This document shows positions 55,270 through 64,000 of a stretch of DNA of 64,000 nucleotides, one piece after another (the stretch's first letter is position 1; each line of letters opens with the position of its first letter). Source of the stretch: Eledone cirrhosa (lineage: Eukaryota); assembly GCA_964016885.1 (NCBI GenBank), contig OZ024741.1:89466001-89530000 (forward strand), in the 5' to 3' direction. The notes beneath the pieces were generated by a model that was given only the letters and a program-made list of their open reading frames with translations, ran no database searches and was not told the DNA's origin. The translations under genes and the position numbers were made by a program.

Positions 55270-58200
55270 TCATCATCATCATCATCATCAGGTTTAGCGT
55301 GTTCCACGCTTGCATGGGTTTGGACGGGGGTTTTCCCACTTGAGGCAAGAGTGGTTGTCTTGCTCGCATAGGACTGTCTGGCGGGTTTTCTACAGTTGGA
55401 TGCCCTTCCTAACACCAACCACATTTACAGTGTGGGGCTGGGAGGTTTTTACCGTGTTGCCTACACGGCCACATTACAGCGTGGACTGTCTGGCGGGTTT
55501 TCTACAGCTGGATGCCCTTCCTAACACCAACCACATTTACAGTGTGGGGCTGGGAGGTTTTTACCGTGTTGCCTACACGGCCACATTTACAGCGTGGACT
55601 GTGTGTTTTTTGTTGTGACACCTACACGATCTCATTTGTTTCGGCCTGGATGTTGTGGGACCAACATAACTTTACATTGAAAGGGGCGGTGTGGGTGGGG
55701 TGGAGGTGGTGGGACGGCGGTGTGTTTTGATAGAGATGCCTACTGACTGTAGTAGGTTTTTACTTTGTATTTAGGTAAGGCGGGTCTTCTCTATTACTGA
55801 GTACCGCCAAAGGTCTCGGTCCAGTGACATTGTCTTGGAGAGGTGTAAGCGTGTGAGGTCGGAATTTATCAGCTCGTCCCATGTTTTCTGGGTCTGCCTA
55901 CTCCGTGGCTACCGTCTATCTTTATTGCCCTGCACTTTGTTATACAGCTGTCGTCTTTCATGCGCATCACGTGTCCATACCAACGTAGCCTTCTCTCGAG
56001 TAAACAACATCTGATCCCTCTTATTTCTAATTTTTTTTTCCTTAGTTCGTTTATGCTTTGCCGTTCACGTATATTACTATTACACATCCAGCGGAGCATG
56101 CAAGCTTCGTTCCTCTCTAGTCTGCGTATATCCTCTGCACACAATGCCCAGGTCTCACTGCCATGCAACATTGCTGTTCGTATGCAGGCATCACACAACC
56201 TGCCTTTCATTTTTAGGGAGAACCCTTTAGCGGCTAATAGTGGTATAAGCTCTCTGAACTTTTTCCATCCAGTTCTGACTCTAGCTACTGTACTTTCAGA
56301 GCACCCTCCCCCACTGCTAATTTTGTCACCCAGGTAATGGAAGCTGTCCACTATTTCTATAGAACCCTCTGCGTAATTGAAAGAGCTAGTTTCTTTGGGG
56401 CACTTGCTGCTACTTATTGCACCAGAGCACCGGCCACATGTAAAATCTATCTTCTTAGTTAGCTTACCTGTGATCCCACTACATCTTTTATGCACCCATA
56501 CTTTGCATTTGGGACATAAATTAGCCAGGTTAATTTTAAGGCCTTTTGATTCTAGGCCGTGCTTCCATGTTTGGAATTTCTTCTCTAGCTCGGCCATTGA
56601 TTCAGCTATGAGCGTTAGATCATCTGCGTATAGGAGTTCCCATGGGCAGCCGGTCTTGAACTCCACTGTTATAGCCTGAAGGGCAATAATAAATAGTAGG
56701 GGGCGAAGAATAGAGCCCTGATGAACGCCAACTTTTACGCTAAACTCTTCACTATATTCGTTGTTAATTCTAACCTTGCTGACTGTTTCTTTATACATGG
56801 CTTGTATAGCTCTCACAAGCCATTCGTCAACACCTAGTTTTCTAAGAGCCCACCAGATAATGGAACGGGGGACTCTGTCGAAGGCTTTCTCCAAGTCAAC
56901 AAAAACTAAGTATAGGGGTTTACTTTTAGCTAGGTACTTCTCCTGTAGTTGTCGTACAATGAAAAGAGCGTCTGTGGTACTTTTGCCTGACACAAACCCG
57001 AACTGCATTTCATCTAGATCAATTCTCTCTCTGATTAGTTGCGCTATTACTTTTTCCGTGACCTTCATGACCTGGTCGATTAATTTAATGCCTCTATAGT
57101 TACTCCTATCTAGGGCATCTCCTTTACCCTTGTAACAGTTAATGATGATGCTGCTACGCCAGTCCTTCGGAACAACCCCATTCTGTATGACTTGGTTTAC
57201 TATCCGGGTGACCATGGTGAGTCCCACCGTTCCAGAGGCTTTCAGCATCTCAGCAACTATTTCCGAAGGCCCAGCCGCTTTACCCGTCTTCATATCTTTG
57301 ATTGCCTTACTTATTATACTACCTTCGACTAACACTGCTGGTCCCTCTATTGGGTCGATGTGGGGGAGACTGTCTTTCTCCCATTTATTCTCCTCATTTA
57401 GAAGCCTTTCGTAGTGACACTTCCAAGCTACCTTCTTATCAGTGTCAGTGATGGCAAGTACGCCATCATCATTAAGTACACACTTCTTCCCGACAATATC
57501 ACGGTTTTCCTTGACACATTGCCTAGCAATCCTGAAGACCTCACGTTTTTGGTCCTCACATTGTAGAACATGCTTGAACTTTCTTTCCTCTGCTTCCCTT
57601 CTTGCGAAGTACACTTGTCTCCTAGCTTCCCTCCTGGCCTCTTGATAGTCTTCTCTACTTCCCCCATCCCGCCATACTTTCCAAGCCTGCTTTTTGGCCT
57701 TAATTGACTCCTCCACCTTACTGTTCCACCACCATGTTACTCTGCTCCTACCTACAGGCCTGCTGCCGTCAGCAGGTTTGCTTTCAGGAATTCCCACTGT
57801 TCCTCTGTATTATACGACTCTAATTGCTCTTCCTTACTGTCGAAAGCATCAAGTAATATGCTTTGAAATTTATTTCTGGTTGTGGGGTCCTTTAGCTTCC
57901 ATATTTTTCTCCTGAGGATAGTCCTCTTCTGCTGTCTAGTACGTCTCGTCCTGACTATGAGGTCGCTAATTATCAGTCTATGTTGGGAGGTGCATTCTTC
58001 ATGGGGGAGGGATTTAGTGTTTACAACAGACACTCTGTCACGTCTTCTGGTAAGGATATAATCTACCTGGCTTGTGTGTTCCCCCGATCTATAGGTGATC
58101 AAGTGATTGTCTCGTTTTTTGAAGTTAGTGTTACAGATAGTTAGGTTATTTGCGTCACAGAATTCCAGGATTCTGGAGCCTTCCTCATTTCTAGTACCGA

Positions 58201-58900
58201 AACCATAGCCTCCATGGATTCCGTCATAGCCGTCACAATGTTGTCCAACGTGACCATTTAGGTCGCCTGCAATAATTATAAAGTCACTGTCGGTTATTTG
58301 GGAGGTGGCGAGCATCAGTGTCTCATAGAATCTGTCTTTTATAGTGCCGGACAGTCCGGATTGGGGTGCGTACGCAGATATTACTGTCACCGTAGTTCTA
58401 TTGAGGACAAGTCTTATTTTAATTATTCTGTCGTTCACTCTATTTACGTCTATTATCTTATCTGCGCACTTTTCTGCTACCATGATTCCTACTCCACCCA
58501 GCCCATTGTCATTTCCCACCCAGAAAAGCTTATAGCATCGTTCTTTACCCACGATGAATCTAGCAAACCCTCCCCTCCATCTGGTCTCTTGAATACAACA
58601 AACATCGACCTCCTTACGTTCAAGCATTTCTACAACCTCGTTAGAGCGACCCTTTAAGGTGCCGACATTCATGGTACCAACTCTGAAGTTTTGGATTGCG
58701 TTTGGAGGGTGGGGCGGGGGGTTATGTTAGCCATCCGCGGGCGAAACAAGGAGGAGTGCTTGCATTCTCGTCCACGAGGTGAATTTGTCTTTGGCATTGT
58801 CGCTGAGCGTCCAGATTTTTCTCTCTTCAACTCTCCAGAATTCCGTAGTCCATCCATCATATCGAAAAGCAACCAGATAAGCGATATTTTAGGCCTCTGA
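55270..58900 (-). mobile_element. Near full-length RTE-clade LINE (APE + RT + Cys/His finger), antisense to UROD
   Basis: ORF 57752..58672: NVGTL, IQETRW, SAYAPQ, GDLNGH, VDYIL, QHRL (APE). ORF 55869..57797: YKGKGD, QFGF, FVDLEKAFD, GVHQGS, LYADD, FHYLG, RLRWYGH. Frameshifts and an internal deletion; 3'UTR with a ~112-bp tandem duplication and a (CAT)n tail. Confidence 0.95.
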
Positions 58901-59221
58901 CTTATGATTGGTCCACGTAATAATGGTGGTGCGTGGGGGCGGGAGGGAATGTATATATATCTATATATCTAAGGCGGGTAAAATTCCCGAGATCCATGGA
59001 CAAGTTCTCTCCAGCAGTCTCTGTCCCTCATTATCGCTGCCATGTCCTACTTCTCCAACAGACCAGTGTCTGTCCTTAGGGCATCAACATACGTTAACCT
59101 TGGTCTTCCTCTTCTAGTGTGTCCATGTAGGGGCTCCCAAAGGAGCACTGAGTGCAATGTCAACTCTGGATGTCGGTGAGCATGTCCAGCTAACCTCAGT
59201 CTCTATATATCTATATATATT

Positions 59222-59252
<31 letters not shown>

Positions 59253-60143
59253 TTATATATATATGTATATATATATATATTTATATATATATGTATATAT
59301 ATATATATTTATATATATAAATACAAATATAAATTATCGTGAATCATATTTCGGCCTATGAAATAACGAAAAACAACTTCCGAGATGTGTGGCAGGTGCT
59401 CAATGATTCAGATGAACGATAGCTACAACATACGTTAAAGGCCAAACACACTGAGACGATGGTTAAACAATCATCCGCACAGCCCCAAAAAACGACCAAG
59501 TAATTCGGGTCAAACAAATAAAAATATATTTACCCGGACCCCTGGATGGTTGGTAAAATCCAGCATTTGGGTTTCTGCAACTCCGCTTACATAAATAATG
59601 TTAGGCTTCTGGTAAGATGATTGAACAAGGAAGCCACTTTTTCAACAGGTTTTAGTTCAATGCTAATTTAAGACTGTTACTGACCCCACGTGGGGTTCGG
59701 CAAGGGAGGCAACCCTTATTTTAGGCAAATGAATTCAGTTGTGTATATTATTGCAAGAATGCAAAACATCACAAATCGAATAGAGTTCTCAACAGAATGG
59801 TTAAAGTCAACATAAGCTATTCATCAGTCAATAGAATCAACTAAAAAAATCAAGAAATTAATTTTGCAATTAACAGTTGATTAAATCGCTTGGGTCTTGC
59901 ATCATATTCAGATGATGAAGCTGGGTCATTGAAATATGTATTGTGTTTTTGCGGGATTAAAATTATAAAGTTTCCAGTTCAGCCTTCTGTTGTTCCTTTT
60001 AATGAATATTTCACTCCGTTCCTGCATCAACCACTGGATACCACATCTACGATGGATGATCTGCATAACGTTGAGTGCTTTAATTTATTGCATCATTATT
60101 TACTAACCAGACCTCTAGTTCTAACCATTGGTAAACATGTGTG

Positions 60144-60239
<96 letters not shown>

Positions 60240-60985
60240 CACACACATATCCTATAAGAACAGTAGTGCTTGTACCATGGAAAAAGCTCACAACACCCTA
60301 ACTAGTTTGATCTCATAACATGACAACTCATCTCACTAATGCTACCATGGAAAATAGACATCAGTGATGATAATGCTGATATATGTGTTCAAAAGTATGG
60401 ATGTATGTCGCCGGTGTACGAAGTGTGATACTGCATGGCAATGAAACATAAGCAGTGACTGCATAGGACATGAGTAGGCTAGAGAGAAATGAAGCAACCA
60501 TGCTTCGTTGGATGTGCAGTGTAAATGTGAAAAAATTGCAGAGCTGAAGAGAGGAATCAGAAGGGGTGTGCAAGAGAGAAGACTGTGTTGGTATGGGCAT
60601 GTGATGTGCAAGGATGATGATCACTAAGTGAAGAAGTGTCAGAAAATACCAGTGAAAGGAAGTTGCAGTAGAGTTAGACCAAGGAAGACCTGGGTGTAAG
60701 TGGTGAGAGCTGATAAATTGTTAATACTCACAGCGGAGATGACAAAGGAATGCAATGAGTGGAGAGATGCTGTGCTGATAGGACCCATCCAACCTAAGTA
60801 AGCATAGAAAAATGGGCATAAAAATGACAATGATAATGATGAGAGTATATATATATATGAATGTATGTATAGTATATCTGGCAATATACTGTATGTTTAA
60901 TTAAAAAGATTTAGAAGACCATACGCTATGAGTTTTAAAGTAGTGACTATGTCATTTACTTATTTTCGGCGAAAAAAGGGAGAGA

Positions 60986-61027
60986 GGCTGACAGTCTGTT
61001 TCACGCTGGTTGGCGTTCATCAGAACC
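60986..61027 (-). ncRNA. Minimal hammerhead ribozyme, intact core, GUC site
   Basis: Minus strand GGTT-CTGATGA-ACGC caacca GCGT-GAAA-CAGACTG-TC-AGCC. Confidence 0.85.
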
Positions 61028-61038
61028 ATGGAGTGCGT

Positions 61039-61080
61039 GGTTCTGATGAACGCCAACCAGCGTAAAACAGACTGTCAACT
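61039..61080 (+). ncRNA. Mirror hammerhead with GAAA changed to AAAA (predicted inactive)
   Basis: GGTT-CTGATGA-ACGC caacca GCGT-AAAA-CAGACTG-TC-AACT. Confidence 0.75.
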
Positions 61081-62319
61081 TCTTTCGCCGAAAATAAGTA
61101 AGTGACATAGTTACTACTTTAAAACTGATAGCGTGTGGTCTTCTAAATCTTTTTAATTAAACATACGGTATATTGCCAAACATACAATATATACATTCAT
61201 GTATACATCACTATTTCAGAGCACCAATCCTAATTCCATATATTTTATATATATATATGTATGTACACAGAATGCAAAGTGCCTTTAACTATTGGAGCCC
61301 TAGAGCACAGGTATATACTTCAATAAGAATAAAAAATTTGACAAGTGCCTAGTCTTTGTAGGGTCCTTAGGCTTCAGCCTAGTTAGCTTTATGAATAATA
61401 CAGCCTTGGACTAAATACCTTGCTGTAGTTAATTATGTACTTTTACATTCTGAGCTCAAATCCTGCTGAAGTAGATATTGCTGTTGATCCTTCCTTGGGT
61501 CAATAGGGTAAATACAATAAAATATGTACCAGTTATTAAATTGACTCTTGCTCTGCCCCCAAATTGGTGGCTTTGTGCCTATGTTAGAAATGGTTAAAAG
61601 CTTGAGTTGATCTGATAAGGTTTGGGTCTGCACAAAGGATACTTAATTCTATGTACTTCTATTCACCTACATCATCATCATCATTTAACATGCGCTGAAT
61701 GTGTTGTCACAGACCAAGCTGGTACTTAATCGGAGCTACTGACCTCTGATGGGTTGGGGTCTTGTGTCTCACATATGTTCAAGCACTTTACAAGGTGTAC
61801 TGGGTACATTTTATCATAGTATCAGTACTGGTGAGGTTGCCATGTCCTTGACACAACTGAAAAGTCCTTTTTGTTTGGCCTGTTTTCAACAACCAGATGC
61901 CCTTCTTAACACCAGGTACCTGATCCTCTAAAGGAAATTTGATCCTCTAAATACCTGATCCTCTAAAGGAAATTTGCTATTATATATATTTCAGTTCATT
62001 TTCCTGTTTAGAATAGGTAGGTGATCATCTTGGAATAGTTTTGTTGTTTGTCCAGGAAGTTAACTATTTCTCATTTGTTTTATTTGTATTTAAACTGGAG
62101 CTGAGCATCAGGCATTAGAAGACAGAAGTCAGTTGTATGTGGTTCAGTCAGTAATGTAGTTTGTGTATGTTGTGCTATCTCTCCACTATCCAGTATGTTT
62201 CTGTGTGTCAGTAGATTCCAGTGTTGGCCATACTGGAGGTGAATGAGGTGGATTTGGTCTGAATAAGACAGCTGGTATTCTTCTGTATTTGTTGATTGCA
62301 TTAATATCTCTTGTTGCAG

Positions 62320-62386
62320 AGAACAGACAGAGTCACGGGTAACTTTGCAAGGGAATCTTGATCCGTGTGCCCTCTATTCCTCAGAG
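62320..62386 (+). CDS. UROD: UROD exon 9 (EQTESRVTLQGNLDPCALYSSE)
   Basis: ttgcAG acceptor, GTAAGT donor; LQGNLDP motif; 67 nt, phase matches exon 8. Confidence 0.96.
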
Positions 62387-63641
62387 GTAAGTTGTGGGAC
62401 CTTGCTTTTTGTTGTTATTTATTTATTCATTTTTTTTTTTTTTTTGACAAACTTATGTCATTTAAGGCAACATGTTACAGGCAAGCACTGTACATCAGCT
62501 GGATAGAGCACAAAACTAATGAATCGGTTCTATAAGAAATAGATGATCATGACTATAAGGAAGTGAAAGCTGCAATACTTTGGCCATGTCATCAGAGTTC
62601 AAAAACTCTGCACTCACATCATGGAGGGATGCATTGATGGCAGGAGAACGAGAGGAATACCAAGGCAATATTGGAATGATGACATTAGGAAATAGATGGA
62701 AAGAAAGCTGGGGGAGTGTTCAGTCATGGCGAGGGAGATTAGCCAGTGGAGAGCATTGTTGCAATTATCCATGGTTTCCAACCCTCCATAGTGAGGAAAA
62801 CGACCTGACCTGGTAGAGTATAAGGAGATTTGATTGCTATATCTTGCAGATTAATTGATCTAACAGAAGCTTCCTACCTCCTTTGTTTTATGGAGTTTTT
62901 TTGTTTGTGTTGTTATGACACTAGAGTGCTATATACATCATAGCAAATCATTTAATTACTTACATGAAAAATAACTTTTCCTCAGAAAAACCTATGGCGT
63001 TCTGTTATACAGCATATGCCTTCATTAAGAAAATCCTGGGCTATAGCTAATGTTGAGCTTGGACGTTCTGCTTGTATGTATATGGATATAAGTCGAAATC
63101 AGTTCTGTATGAGCAAGACATGGTCACCTGGCCTAGCATTGCCCACAACAGGATAACTCGTCTAACCCATGCTAGTGTGGAAAATGGATGTAAAACGTGA
63201 TTATAATGAGGTTTGGCTGAAAAGATACTCTCATTGAATGACCAAATGAAGTTTATTTTTCAACATAGTCTCTGGAAAGAAACAATGCAATTATTCATAA
63301 GAAAAGTTGAAATAAATGCATGCAAGATTTCACAACTTTAGTATCACTCCTTCATAGGCAACCTATGAACTTTTCATCCGACCCTTATATATATGCGTTC
63401 ATGTGTACTTGTTTCTGTGTCTTTGCATTGACTCAATTTAAGCAGTTTGTTCATGTCTCCATTAAACAACATATCAGCTCAATGATTTGACATGTGAAGA
63501 TCAGTAGAATAACAATTAAGAGTTGACATTGGGGAGGGCATTTAGCTATAAAATACTGCCTCAGAAAGTCTCACCCAACCCATGCCAGCATGGAAAAACA
63601 TACAAAAGTGATAATGATCTGTGTATGTTTTTTTTTTTTAG

Positions 63642-63806
63642 GATGAAATTGGAGGTTATGTAAAAACTATGTTGAAGAAATTTGGCACACATCGTTATAT
63701 TGCTAATTTGGGTCATGGAATGTACCCAGATTTTCAGCCTGATCATTTAGCTGCTTTTGTGGATGCTGTTCACAAACATTCCAAAATTATGAACCAAATT
63801 GAATGA
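63642..63806 (+). CDS. UROD: UROD exon 10 coding part (DEIGGYV...[12 protein letters not shown]...NQIE*)
   Basis: poly-T AG acceptor; YIANLGHG motif with the conserved His; TGA at 63804-63806. Confidence 0.96.
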   Translation, partial: DEIGGYVKTMLKKFGTHRYIANLGHGMYPDFQPDHLAAFVDAVHKHSKIMNQIE

Positions 63807-63904
63807 CATATTGTGTCTTATATCCCTCCCTGATATCACATCTGCCATCATCTTCCTTTTTCTCACAACAATGAATAAGGAAGGACATTAAACAAAATAT
63901 TTAT

Positions 63905-63910
63905 AATAAA
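63905..63910 (+). terminator. Candidate polyadenylation signal AATAAA of UROD
   Basis: AATAAA ~100 nt after the stop, followed by a GT/T-rich tract (63926-63955). Confidence 0.55.
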
Positions 63911-64000
63911 AGAATCCAAATTGATCTTTTTATTTGTGTGTTTGATTGTTTATTTAACTCTTTTGATACTAAAGCGACTGAAACCTCTCCTGGTTTTACC

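Larger units (their letters stand above)
60853..61206. repeat. Foldback element, ~170-bp arms, 9-nt loop (61029-61037)
   Basis: Arms are reverse complements with scattered transitions and one ~7-nt indel. Confidence 0.92.

Noticed and set aside
59900-59950. GATGATGA...GAAA TATGTA TT hammerhead-like string
   Set aside because: The core is altered and helices I and II do not pair convincingly; at best a very old relic.

Overview
AT-rich animal genomic DNA. The repeat repertoire (RTE LINEs with (CAT)n tails, partner tRNA-SINEs, (TA)n/(TATG)n tracts) resembles an octopus/coleoid genome; this is an inference. One complete 10-exon uroporphyrinogen decarboxylase gene (UROD, + strand, ATG 2321 to TGA 63806, 1101 nt CDS, 366 aa) spans almost the whole window. 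It has two ~22 kb introns. Intron 6 holds a ~19.6 kb array of a 21-bp satellite interrupted by three copies of one SINE and five blocks of a non-autonomous Helitron, some self-nested, amplified as higher-order repeats. Intron 8 is a nest of insertions into (TA)n: two Penelope-like (RT + GIY-YIG) elements, a ~3.1-3.3 kb-arm inverted repeat, a near full-length RTE LINE, SINEs and foldbacks. The least obvious signal is a set of eight minimal hammerhead-ribozyme motifs (intact or degenerate) from at least five sequence families. Six of them form three inverted pairs, and one family has an unusually long (116 nt) helix II. All were read by eye; no folding or database search was run.
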